From Stegostoma tigrinum (Eukaryota): a stretch of DNA of 63,864 nt. The DNA is taken from the NCBI RefSeq assembly GCF_030684315.1, contig NC_081361.1:5791150-5855013 (forward strand), written 5' to 3'. Each line of letters opens with the position of its first letter. Positions within the stretch are counted from its first letter, which is position 1. A model generated the notes under the pieces. The model did no database searches. It was not told the origin of the DNA and worked only from the letters and a program-made list of their open reading frames with translations. A program made the translations under genes and the position numbers. Of this stretch, positions 1 through 12,310 are shown one piece after another.

Positions 1-66
1 TCAATTTGAACTGCTGAGAGTCTGATCTGAGCCAATTCTAATGAATCCCATGGAGAATCCCATAGG

Positions 67-380
67 GTGACAATGGCCTCGTGGTATTATTGCTGGACTG
101 ATATTCCAGAGACCCAGATAGCAGTCTGGGGACCCTGGTTTGAATCCCACCATGGCATATGGTAGAATTTGAATTCAATAAATATCTGGAATTAAGGATC
201 CAATAATGACCATGAATCCTTTGCAGATTGTCAGGAAGAATCCATCTGGTTCAGTAATGCCCTTTAAGGAAGGAAACTGCCATCCTTACCTGGTCTGGCC
301 TACATTTGACTCCAGATCCACAGCAGTGTGGTTGACTTTTAACTGCCCTCTGAGCAATAAATGATGCCCTCATCCCATGA
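67..380 (+). mobile_element. tRNA-derived SINE (partial copies at ~805-915 and ~19578-19815)
   Basis: A-box-like TGGCCTCGTGG (74-84) and B-box-like GGTTTGAATCC (137-147). The body CCTTACCTGGTCTGGCCTACAT...GTGGTTGACT recurs at ~878 and ~19700. Confidence 0.65.
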
Positions 381-577
381 GTGTATAAAGGAAAAAAGAT
401 AATGACAGGATATTTAGAGTGTAAGTTTGTTCCACATGCAAATGTGAACCATCACAGTAAAGATATTACAGATGGTTTGTACAGACAGCAAAGCCCAAAC
501 CAGAGCATTGTCACTAAGCACAGAGCTAATGAAAGCTTCAACAAAAACAGTTATTTATGCACACTCACATTAACACA

Positions 578-715
578 NNNNNNNNNNNNNNNNNNNNNNN
601 NNNNNNNNNNNNNNNNNNNNNNNNNNNNNNNNNNNNNNNNNNNNNNNNNNNNNNNNNNNNNNNNNNNNNNNNNNNNNNNNNNNNNNNNNNNNNNNNNNNN
701 NNNNNNNNNNNNNNN
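578..715. other. N block (gap or masked simple repeat)
   Basis: Run of N. Confidence 0.99.
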
Positions 716-914
716 CGTACAGCGGGATGAGTGGAAGCAGCTGGCTGATGTTGGGCTGAAGGGTCCCTTTTCAAGCTGTAAAATGTGATGAATCCAGGGA
801 TGACTATGAAACCATTGATGATTGTCTGAAAAACTCATCAGGTTCACGAATGTCCACCAAGGAAGGAAATTTGCTGCCCTTACCTGGTCTGACATATGTG
901 TGGTTCCAGAGCCA

Positions 915-3520
915 TTGATGAGGCAGGATCTGGCCAAAGTGGACTGGGAATAGTTCCTTGTAGGAAAATCCACATCGGAGCAGTGGAAATCTTTCGGAAA
1001 GGAAACACTAAGAGTGCAGAGCCAACATATTCCTGAAAAGGGGAAGGGTGGGACCAACATGACCAGAGGATTCACACACAAAGGCTGGACAGGATTGGAG
1101 AAGGTAAAAAGGGGAAGTTTACCACAGTTAGAGAGGGCTCAAAACTGTATTGAAGATCTGAGGGAGTTTGGTGTGTATATCCACAGATCCCGGAAGGTAA
1201 TCGGACAGGGAGATAAGGTGACTCAGAAGACTAATGAGATACTGGCCTTTATTAGAATACAAGAGCAGGGGCTTATGCTGAAACCGTATAAAACCCTGGT
1301 TAGACAACAACTGGAGTATTGTGTGCAGTTCTGGTCACCACATTGTATGAAGGATGTGATTGTACTTGGGAGGGTGCAGAGGAGATTTCCCAGGATGCTG
1401 CCTGACCAGGAGGGCCTGAGCTATGAGGAAAGATTGGAAAGGCTGGGATTGTTTTCCTTGGAACAGTGACAGTTGAGAGGGGACCTGATAGAGGGCTATA
1501 AGATTTTGAGGGGCAGAGATAATATGGATAGAAATATATTCCTTACATTGATTAAAATGTGAGTAATGTGGCCTACTACATTAACAAATATTGTTTGAAA
1601 AATATTAGAATCAATGGTGAAGGAAAAATAACAATAAAAATATTAAAATAACTCCTGAAATAACACCTAAAATAATAAAAATAAAAGTAATTGGGCTTCC
1701 AGAAGGTGTTTGACAAGGTACCTCTCAGAAGGTTAAGTCATAAGAGGCAATAGTTTTGGAGATAATATATTGACACGGATACAGTACTTGCGAATGGGCA
1801 GGAATTAGCGAGTGGGGATAGAAGGTTCCTGTTCAAGTTGGTGACCTGTGACTAGGGGTGTTCCACAGGGATCAGTGCTGGGACAGCAACTGTTTACAAT
1901 ACACATTAATGACATGGAGGAAGCAAGTGAATGTACTGTAGCCAAATTTACAGGTGACACAAAAATTGGTGGAAAGGCAAGTTGCAAAAGTGATACAGTT
2001 AACAGGGAGATATTGATAGGAAAATAAGTGAGCAAGAAGTTGACGGAGGAAGTTTCATGTGAGAAAATGTGAAATTGTGCATTTTGGAAGGCAGAACAAA
2101 AGATTAGAATATTTTTTAAATGGAAGAAAACTGCAGGAAGTTGCATTGTGAAAGTGCACAAAACACAGAAAGCTCGCACACAGGAGCAGCAGTGAGTCAG
2201 GAAGGCACATGGAATAGTGGCCCTTATTTCAGGGCAGGTGGAGTAGTGAGAAGAGACATCTTACTGCCGCTGGACAAGATGCTGGTGAGGCCACATCTGG
2301 AGCACTGAGAGCAGGCTTCGTCCCCTTACTGATGAAAAATGTATCATTTCACTGGAGGCAGATCAGAGAAGGTACACAGGATGATCCTTAATGTGGAGGG
2401 GCCATCTTAGGAAGAAAGTTCAAACAGCTTTGAAATCTTCTCCTAAGCTTAGAAGAACGAGAGGCAATCTCATTAAATTATAGAATTATTAAGAGGCTTG
2501 ATAGGGTGAATGCTGAGAGGATGTTTCTTCTCATGGGACAGTGAGGACTACACAGGCAGAAAAATATCAGGAAGATATAAGTAGGATAATGACTTTGGGA
2601 AGACCAGGAAATTAAACTGTATCTATTTCAATACAAGGAGCCTGACTGGTAAAGTAGATCAACTTAGAGCATTAATCAGCATGTGGGAACATGTTATTGC
2701 TGCAATCACTGAGACATGAATGAAGGAAGGATGGGACTGGCAATTCAACATTCCACAGTTTCAGTAAATTCAGTAAAAGTTTCAGGCAGAATAGGGGAGA
2801 CATAATAGAGGTGGGGCAATGCATTACGGATAAAGGAGACCATCTCTGCAGTCGTAAAGGAGAGTGTCTTCGATGGGTCTTCAAATGCGGCCATCTCATT
2901 TGAACTTGCAAATACAAAAGGGGCAATTACTTCACTGGGATTATACTACAGGTCCCCCAGTAATCAGTGTGAGATAGAGGAGCAGATACGTAGGCACATC
3001 ACAGAGAGATGTGAGAGGAATAGGGTTATATCAGTAGGGAATTTCAACTTTGCTATCATTAACTAGGATTGCCTTTATGTGAAGGGATGAGGTGGGGTGA
3101 AATTTTTAAGGTCCATCTAGGAGAGCTTTTGTGCCGACACGCTACTATTTCCACAGGAGGCAGGCAATGCCAGATCTAATCCCAGGGAATGAAGCCAGGC
3201 ACAAACATTCGTGGTGTTGGTGATAGTGAGAAGGATGGTCTCAGGGTATCTTTTGATATTGATCAGCTGGTAAATTTGGCAGAGCAACCCAGATGGAACT
3301 TAATCCTGATTAGAGTGAAGTGATGCATTTTGGGAGATCTGAGAATGGAAGGACATCCTCAATGAATGGTAGGTCCCTGGGCTTACTGAATAACAAAGGG
3401 ATCTTAGTGTACAGGCCAATAGATCACAATATGCAGAATTATGTGAGGCATAGACAAAGTAAGTCATGAGAATCTTTACCCCATGACAGATGTGTCTTAG
3501 ACTAGGGGGCACAAGTTAAA
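915..3520 (+). mobile_element. Mosaic of decayed CR1-type LINE fragments
   Basis: ORF 1014-1469 has YKTLVRQQLEYCVQFWSPH...VQRRFPRMLP. Also PQGSVLG-like RT pieces (~1862) and APE-like YYRSP/GNFNF pieces (~2940-3050). Confidence 0.8.
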
Positions 3521-3542
3521 GGCTGGGAATATTCACGATGCT

Positions 3543-6500
3543 AGATAACAAAGTGTGGAGCTGGATGAACACAGCAGGCCAAGCAGCATCTCAGGAGCAC
3601 AAAAGCTGATGTTTCAGGCCTAGATCCTTCATCAGAGAGGGGGATGGGGAGATGGAACTGGAATAAATAGGGAGAGGGGGAGGTGGACCGAAGATGGAGA
3701 GAAAACAAGATAGGTAGAGAGAAGAGTATAGGTGGGGATGTAGGGAGGGATAGGTCAGTCCAGGGAAGATGGACAGGTCAAGGAGGCGGGATGAGGTGGT
3801 AGGTTTGGAAATGGAGGTGCGGCTTGAGGTGGGAGGAAGGGATTGGTGAGAGGAAGAACAGGTTAGGGAAGCAGAGACAGGCTGGGCTGGCTTTGTGATG
3901 CAGTGGGGGGAGCATAAGAACTGAGCTGGTTTTGGGATGCAGTAGGGGAAGGGGAGATTTTGAAGCTTGTGAAGTCCACGTTGATACCATTGGGCTGCAG
4001 GGTTCCCAAGCGGAATATGAGTTGCTGTTACTGCAACATTCGGATGGCATCATTGTGGCACTGCAGGAGGCCCATGATGGACATGTCGTCTGAGGAATGG
4101 GAGGGGGAGTTGAAATGGTTCACGACTGGGAGGTGCAGTTGTTTGTTGTGAATCGAACGGAGGTGTTCTGCAAAGCGGTCCCCAAGCCTCCGTTTGGTTT
4201 CCCCAATGTAGAGGAAGCCACACCGGGTGCAATGGATACAATATACAACATTGGCAGATGTGCAGGTGAACATCCGTTTGATATGGAAGGTCATCCTGGG
4301 GGCTGGGATGGGGTTGAGGTTGGAGGTGTGGGGGCAAGTGTAGCACTTCCTGCGGTTGCAGGGGAAGGTGCCAGGTGTGGTGGCATTGGAAGGGAGTGAG
4401 GAGCATACAAGGGAGTCATGGAGAGAGTGGTCTCTCCGGAAGGCAGACAAGGGTGGGGATGGAAAAATGGCTTGGGTGGTGGGGTCGGATTGTAGATGGC
4501 GGAAGTTTTGGAGGATGATACGTTATTTCCGGAGGTTGGTGGGGTGGTATGTGAGGACGAGGGGGATCCTCTGGGGGCGGTTGTGGCGGGGCGGGTTGTG
4601 AGGGATGTATTGCGGGAAATGCGGCATTCTCGACCACTGCGGGGTGAAAGTTGCGGTCCTGGAAGAACATGGACATCTGGGATGTGCGGGAGTGGAATGC
4701 CTCATCCTGGGAGCAGATGCGGCGGAGGCGGAGGAATTGGGAATAGGGGATGGAATTTTTGCAGGAGGGTGGTTGGGAGGAGGAGTATTCTAGGTAGCTG
4801 TGGGAGTCAGTGGGCTTGAAATGGACGTCAGTTTCTAGCTGGTTACCTGAGATGGAGACGGAGAGGCCCAGGAAGGTTAGGGATGTGTAGGAGCTGGCCC
4901 AGTTGAACTTGAGGTTGGGGTGGAAGGTGTTGGTAAAGTGGATGAACTGTTTGAGCTCCTCTGGGGAGCAAGAGGCTGCGCTGATACAGTCATCAATGTA
5001 ACGGAGGAAGAGGTGGGGTTTGGGGCCTGTGTAGGTGCGGAAGAGGGACTGTTCCACGTAACCTACAAAGAGGCAGGCATAGCTTGGGCCCATGCGGGTA
5101 CCCATGGCCGCCCCGTTTGTCTGTAGGAAGTGGGAGGAATCGAAAGAGTTGTTGAGGGTGAGGACGAGTTCGACTCGGCGGATGAGGGTGTCGGTGGAGG
5201 GGAATTGGTCAGGCCTGTGGGACAGGAAGAAGCGGTGGGCCTTGAGGCCATCTGCATGAGGAATACAGGTGTATAGGGACTGGACGTCTATGGTGAAAAT
5301 GAGGTGTAGGTTATAGGTTGTAGGTTATGTGGAACAGTCCCTCTTCCGCTCCTACGCAGGCCCCAAATCCCACCTCTTCCTCCGTTACATTGATGACTGT
5401 ATCGGTTCCGGCTCTTGCTCCCCAGAGGAGCTCAAACAGTTCATCCACTTTACCAACACCTTCCACCCCAACCTCAAGTTCACCTGGGCCATCTCCAACA
5501 CATCCCTCACCTTCCTGAACCTCTCATTCTCCATCTCATAACCAGCTATATACTGATGTCCAATTCAAGCCCACTGACTCCCACAGCTACCTAGCATACA
5601 CCTCCTCCTACCCGCTCTCCTGCAAAAATTCCATCCCATATTCCCAATTCCTCCGCCTCCGCCGCATCTGCTCCCAGGATGAGGCATTCCACTCCCGCAC
5701 ATCCCAGATGTCCATGTTCTTCCAGGACCGCAACTTTCACCCCGCAGTGGTCGAGAACGCCGCATTCCCGCAACACATCCCTCACAACCCGCCCCGCCAC
5801 AACCGCTCCCAGAGGATCGCCCTCGTCCTCACATACCACCCCACCAACCTCCGGAAATAACGTATCATCCTCCAAAACTTCCGCCATCTACAATCCGACC
5901 CCACCACCCAAGCCATTTTTCCATCCCCACCCTTGTCTGCCTTCCGGAGAGACCACTCTCTCCATGACTCCCTTGTACGCTCCACACTCCCTTCCAACCC
6001 CACCACACCTGGCACCTCCCCTGCAACCGCAGGAAGTGCTACACTTGCCCCCACACCTCCAACCTCAACCCCATCCCAGCCCCCAGGATGACCTTCCAAA
6101 TCAAACAGCTGTTCACCTGCACATCTGCCAATGTTGTATATTGTATCCATTGCACCCGGTGTGGCTTCCTCTACATTGGGGAAACCAAACGGAGGCTTAA
6201 GGAACGCTTTGCAGAACACCTCGAGCTCAGTTCACAACAAACAACTGCACCTCCCAGTCGCGAACCATTTCCATTCCCCCTCCCATTCCTCAGACGACTT
6301 GTCCATCATGGGCCTCGTGCAGTGCCACAATGATGCCACCCGAATGTTGCAGGAACAGCAACTCATATTCTTCTTGGGAACCCTGCAGCCCAATGGTATC
6401 AACGTGGACTTCACAAGCTTCAAAATCTCCCCTTCCCCTACTGCATCCCAAAACCAGCCCAGTTCTTCCCCTCCCCCCACTGCATCCCAAAACCAGCCCA

Positions 6501-6875
6501 GCCTGTCTCTGCTTCCCTAACCTGTTCTTCCTCTCACCCATCCCTTCCTCCCACCTCAAGCCGCACCTCCATCTCCTACCTACCATCTCATCCCGCCTCC
6601 TTGACCTGTCCATCTTCCCTGGACTGACCTATCCCCTCCCTACCTCCCCACCTATATTCTCCTCTCCACCTATCTTGTTTTCTTTCCATCTTCGGTCTGC
6701 CTCCCCCCTCTCCCTATTTATTCCAGTTCCCTCTCCCCATCCCCCTCTCTAATGAAGGTCTCGGCCCGAAACATCAGCTTTTGTGCTCCTGAGATGCTGC
6801 TTGGCCTGCTGTGTTCATCCAGCTCCACACTTTGTTATCTTGGATTCTCCAGCATCTGCAGTTCCCATTATCACC
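3543..6875. mobile_element. Penelope-like element (Neptune-type), two 5'-truncated arms in inverted orientation (- arm 3543-5307, + arm ~5319-6875)
   Basis: 15-bp TSD AATATTCACGATGCT (3528-3542 / 6876-6890). RT motifs MGTRMGPSYA and FLRYIDD. GIY-YIG VVYCIHC...LYIGETKRRL. Cys-rich linker PCNRRKCYTC. Frameshifts and stops present. Confidence 0.93.
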
Positions 6876-6890
6876 AATATTCACGATGCT

Positions 6891-9350
6891 GTCTGATAAA
6901 TTATTCGTTGAGAAGAATTTAAAACTTCCTTCCCTTTGCGAAACACAATTCATGCAGAAGACCAAATGGGACAGAACTGGGTGGAAAATAAAAAGCGGGT
7001 GAGTGTAAGGAATGCAGGGGAGAGAACGGACAGCAGGGAGTACCTGAGAACTCCTTCTCAGATTAAGAAGGAAATTACTGAGGTTGGAGATGGCATTTGG
7101 AAGCTTAAATGTTTCTCGTGGAATAAGATGGGCCATGTGCTTTCGGAATGTTGGAAGTTGTGAGGTAGACCCATGGGAATTATAGGAGTTGGTAAAAATG
7201 AGTCAGGCATGAGAACACAAAAAGATAATCCTACAGAGCAGGCTGTAACTGTAACAAAAAGGCATGAGGTGAATTCTGTCATTAGTAAAGGAAGCTGTAA
7301 GGTAGATGAGACGTGTCAGGATTTTTATCAAAAGGAATGGTGACTCCTTTTTCTTCAGGTGCATGAGCTAAACCCAGAACCAAACTGAGAGATCCAGGGG
7401 GAACACAATCACTTTTACTGGAGAAAGAATCAATTTTCACTCCAGAGATTTCACTGGGAGCTGAGGTAACAAAAAAAGGATTGGTGTAAAATGTATTCTG
7501 GATCGATTCTGTAAAGTACAACTGGAATGCGGTTTGTTATCAGGAGAAGTAATTGTTGAAGTGGGAAAACGTTCCCTGTTGAGGCAGTCATTTTCCTTCT
7601 GGGCAATGTTTTGTCGGGACTAAAGGTAGTAGCTTCACCGATAAAATACAGAATGTCCAAAGGAGGCCCAAGAAACAGAACAATGACAGGAACAGGTTCC
7701 TGGTCTCTCTCCTTTGTGTGTGGTAACCAGGGCAATGGTTAAACAAATCCATCAATAAGGGTTGACGTGACACCACAAGCAAGTGAAAGCAGAGCTGAAA
7801 CTTTCCGAAAGTGTGAAGATAGCCCAGGTGGAGTGTTTGATATGACGTCCCTAATTACAGCAGATCTCAAAAGCAGATCATGAATGAAATAAAAGAACAC
7901 AGTGAGCTCACAGTGAGTTCAAGGCTGAAGGAGTTGCAGAGTGCTATTATCTTCAGAATGGAGTGCTGCTGAGGAAGTGGAGACCCCCCTCATAGACCCC
8001 CAGATGAAGAATAGTCAGTTAGACATCGGCTAGTGGTACCACCAGCTATCGTAGGGAGATATTGTGAGGGGCACATGGCAGGGCACGTGGGGATTTGGAA
8101 AACACAGGTGTCCAGAAATACATATTTTACCCAGCCAACATTGTCGAAAGATGTGGTTCAATTTTGTAAAACATGTCATACTTGGCAAGTTGCAGGTAAA
8201 AGTGATGAAATCAGCATCCTCAATTCCTCTCCCAGTTTTTGAGGAACCTTTCAGTCATGTACAGGTGTGTCAAGTAATCAGTGTAGTTGAGGAGGGGATG
8301 AGAAAAGGAATAAAAGCCAAAGAAAATTGAACAATTCCCAAAGTGAACTTGCAACTATTAGATGAACAAATGCAGAGATATTAAAGAATTCAAAAACTGT
8401 ATTTGTGTATCTGCTGAAGGATCAACAGGGAGTTAGAATGAGATTGCTCAGAAAACACAAAGAAGTTTGTATCAGGAGTGGTTAAGGTCCTTGGGCCTGT
8501 ACTCAATGGAATTTTGAAGGACGAAGGGGAATCTCATTGGAACTTGCCGAATCCTGAGAGGCCTGGATAGAGTGGATGTGGAGAAGATGTTTCCACAAGG
8601 ATGAGAAATGAGGGCCCGAGGGCACAGCTTTGGAGAGAAGGGACAATACATTGGAACTGAGATATGGGGGATTTTCATCAGACAGAGTGATGAATCTGTG
8701 GAACTCATTACCACAAACAGCTGTCGAGGCCAAGTCATTGTGTATTTAAGACAGTGATACATCGGTTTGTGATCAGTAAGGGGAATAAGGGTAACGCGGT
8801 GAAGGCAGGAGAATTTTAGAAGCAAATCAGCCGGGACTGAATGGCAGAACAGGCTCAATGGCCTAATACTGCTCCTATACACAGTGTTTTAAAGATACAC
8901 TTGAATGTACCACTTTAGTCAATGATAACATGCGTGCAGGTAATTCAAACCCCAAAAAAAACCATTTTAGTTAAACCCAGAGAAACAGGGCAAAGTAAAA
9001 AAGGAAATTCATATGTGTTGCAGAATCAATTGATTGAACTATCAGAGTAATCAGAGTTCTCCTGTTGTATTGATTCCTAAACCAGATAGTTCAATTAGAT
9101 ACTGTGTCGACTGTAAGGAAGTGAATGTAGTCACAAAGATGGATTTACGCCCTATTCCCAGACAAAATGATTACATTGATAGGATTGGTACAGTACCACT
9201 TTTATAAAATTGATTTGTTTAGACAATATTGAAAAGTACTTGATGACAAGAAGAACTGTGGAAATTTCTGCACTTTTCACATCTAATGGAGTCTATCAAT
9301 ATCACGTGATGCCATTTAGACTTGAGATTGCTCCAGACACATGTCAGTGA
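6891..9350 (+). mobile_element. Decayed Gypsy LTR-retrotransposon internal region, Gmr1-like order gag-PR-INT-RT
   Basis: Degenerate zinc knuckle CFSWNKMGHVLSEC (~7109-7151). Protease-like LRDPGGTQSLL (7385-7417). Integrase HHCC AGHVGIWKT...FCKTCHTWQVAGK and PLPVFEEPFSHV (8070-8262). RT SSPVVLIPKPDSSIRYCVD...PIPR...YHVMPF (9055-9330). Confidence 0.8.
8473..8880 (+). mobile_element. CR1 3' fragment inserted in the Gypsy remnant
   Basis: Resembles the 3' end of the CR1 at 11940-12310 (GGLD/MFP/RGHS-like coding, 3' UTR ...AATGGCCTAATACTGCTCCTA). Confidence 0.75.
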
Positions 9351-12310
9351 GTTACTGCCAGAATGAACAAGGTCACCCTCCCTCACATTACATTCCATCT
9401 GCACGATATTTCTCCAAAGCCCCGCTGTATCTCATATTCAGCAGAATGGAACTTCACTGGGAAAGAGTCGCTTGTAACTGGAATAATGGCACAACTCTGA
9501 GGATCACATCAATAACGGTTTTTATTGAATCTTTCATTAGCTCTGTGTTTAGTGACACAATGCCCTGGTTTGGGCTTTGCTGTCTGTACAAACCACCTGC
9601 AATGTCGTTGCAGCAATGGTTCACATTGGACAGACTGATGGGCAGAGGGGGTGGGTTGGCCCTGTTGTTGATGTATGATATTCAGTCCCTTGCGAGGGGG
9701 GACAAAGAATCAGGAGATGTAGAGTCAGTATGGATAGAGCTGAGAAATTCTAAGGGTAGAAAGACCCTAATGGGAGTTATCTACAGGCCCCCAAATAGTA
9801 GTCAGGATATAGGATGCAAGTTGAATCAAGAGTTGAAATTGGCCTATCACAAAGGTGTCACTACAGTTGTTATGGGAGATTTCAACATGCGAGTAGACTG
9901 GGAGAATCAAGATGGTACTGGACCCCAAGAAAGGAAGTTTGTGGAGTGCCTCCGAGATGGATTCTTAGAACAGCTTGTACTGGAGCCTACCAGGGAGGAG
10001 GCAATTCTGGATCTGGTGTTGTGCAACGAACCGGATTTGATCAGGGACCTCAAAGTAAAGGAGCCATTAGGAGATAGTGACCATAATACGATAAGTTTTA
10101 ATCTGCAGTTTGAGAGGGAGAAGGGAGAATTGGAAGTATCAGTATTGCAGTTGAATAAAGGGAACTATGGAGCTATGAGGGAGGAGCTGGCCAAAGTTCA
10201 ATAGTACAATACCCTAGCAGGGATGACAGTCAAATAACAATGACAGGTATTTCTGGATATAATCCAGAAGGTGCAGGATCAGTTCATTCCAAAGAGGAAG
10301 AAAGACCCTCAGGGGAGGCAGTGGCGGCCGTGACTGACGAGGGAAATTAAGGACTGTATAAAGATAAAAGAGAAGTATAACATATCAAAGATGAGCGGGA
10401 TGCTGGAGGACTGGGAAGATTTTAAAGAGCAACAGTGGATAACTAAAAAGGCAATACACAGAGAAAAAATGAGGTATGAAGGGAAACTGGCCAAAAATAT
10501 AAAGGAGGATAGTAAAAGCTTTTTTAGGTATGTAAAAAGAAAAAAAAAGGTCATGACTAAAATTGGGCCCTTGAAGTCAGAAACGGGTGAATTTATTATG
10601 GGGAACAAGGAAATGGCAGAAGAATTGAATAGGTACTTTGTATCGGTCTTCACTAGGGAAGACCCAAGCAATCTCCCAGATGCAATAGTGGTTGAAGGAC
10701 CTAGGGTAATGGATGAACTGAAGGGAATTTATATTAAGCAGGAAATGGTGTTGGATAGACTGTTAGGTCTAAAGGCAGATAAGTCCCCGGGACCTGATCG
10801 TCTGCATCCCAGGGTACTTAAGGATTAGGCTCTGGAAATTGTGGACGCATTGGTAATCATTTTCCAAGGTTCTATAGATTCAGGATCAGTTCGTGGGGAC
10901 TGGAGGGGGGCTAATGTTGTCCCACTTTTCAAGAAAGGAGGGAGAGAGAAAACAGGAAATGATAGACCTGTTAGCCTGACGTCAGTGGTGGGAAAGATGC
11001 TGCAGTCAATTATAAAAGATGAAATTATGACTCATTTGGATAGCAGTAATAGGATAGGTCAGAGTCAGCATGGATTTACAAAGGGGAAATCGTGCTTGAC
11101 TAATCTTCTGGAATTTTCTGAGGATGTATCTGTGAAGATGGACAAGGGAGAACCAGTGAATGTAATGTACCTGGACTTTCGGAATCCTTTGATAAAGTCC
11201 CACATAGGAGATTGGTGAACAAAATTAGGGCACGTGGTATTGGGGGCAAAAATACTGACTTGGATTGAAAATTGCCTGGCTGACAGGAAGCAAAGAGTAG
11301 TGATAAATGGGTCTCTTTCGGAATGGCAGGCGGTGACCACTGGGGTACCACTAGGTTCAGTACTGGGAGCGCAGCTGTTTACGATATACATTAGTGAAAT
11401 AGACGAAGGCATTAAAAGTAATATTAACAAATTTGCTGCAGACACAAAGCTGGGTGGCAGTGAGTAACGTGAGGAGGATGTTATGAGAATACAGGGTGAC
11501 TTGGACAGCATAGGTGAGTGGATGGATGCATGGCAGATGCAGTTTAATGTGGATAAATGTGTGGTTATCCACTTTGGTGGCAAGAACAGGAAGGCAGATT
11601 TCTATCTCAGTGGAGTCAAGTTAGGTGAAGGGGAAGTACAACGAGATCTAGGTGTTCTTGCTCATCAGTCCATGAAAGCAAACAAGCAGGTACAGCAGGC
11701 AGTGAAGAAAGCTAATGGCATGCTGGCCTTCATAAAAAGAGGAATTGTGTATAGGAGCAAAGAGGTCCTTCTGCAGCTGTACAGAGCCCTGGTGAGACTG
11801 CACCTGGAGTATTGTGTACAGTTTTGGTCTCCAAATTTGAGGAAGGGCATTGTTGCTATTGAGGGAGTGCAGCAGCATAGGTTCACGAGGTTAATTCCTG
11901 GAATGGCAGGACTATCATATGTTGAAAGATTGGAGCGACTGAGCTTGTATACACTTGAGTTTAGAAGGGTGAGAGGGGATCTGATTGAGATATATAAGAT
12001 TATTAAGGGATTGGACACTCTGGAGGCAGGAAGTATGTTCCCGCTGATGGGTGAGTCCAGAACCAGAGGACACAGTTTAAAAATAAGGGGTAGGCCATTT
12101 AGAACAGAGTTGAGGAAAAACTTCTTCACCCAGAGAGTGGTGGATATATGGAATGCTCTGCCCCAGAAGGCAGTGGAGGCCAAGTCTCTGGGTACTTTCA
12201 AGAAAGAGATAGATAGAGCTCTTAAAGACAGTGAAATCAAGGGTTATGGTAATAAGGCAGGAACAAGGTACTGACTGTGGATGATCAGCCATGATCATAA
12301 TGAATGGTGG

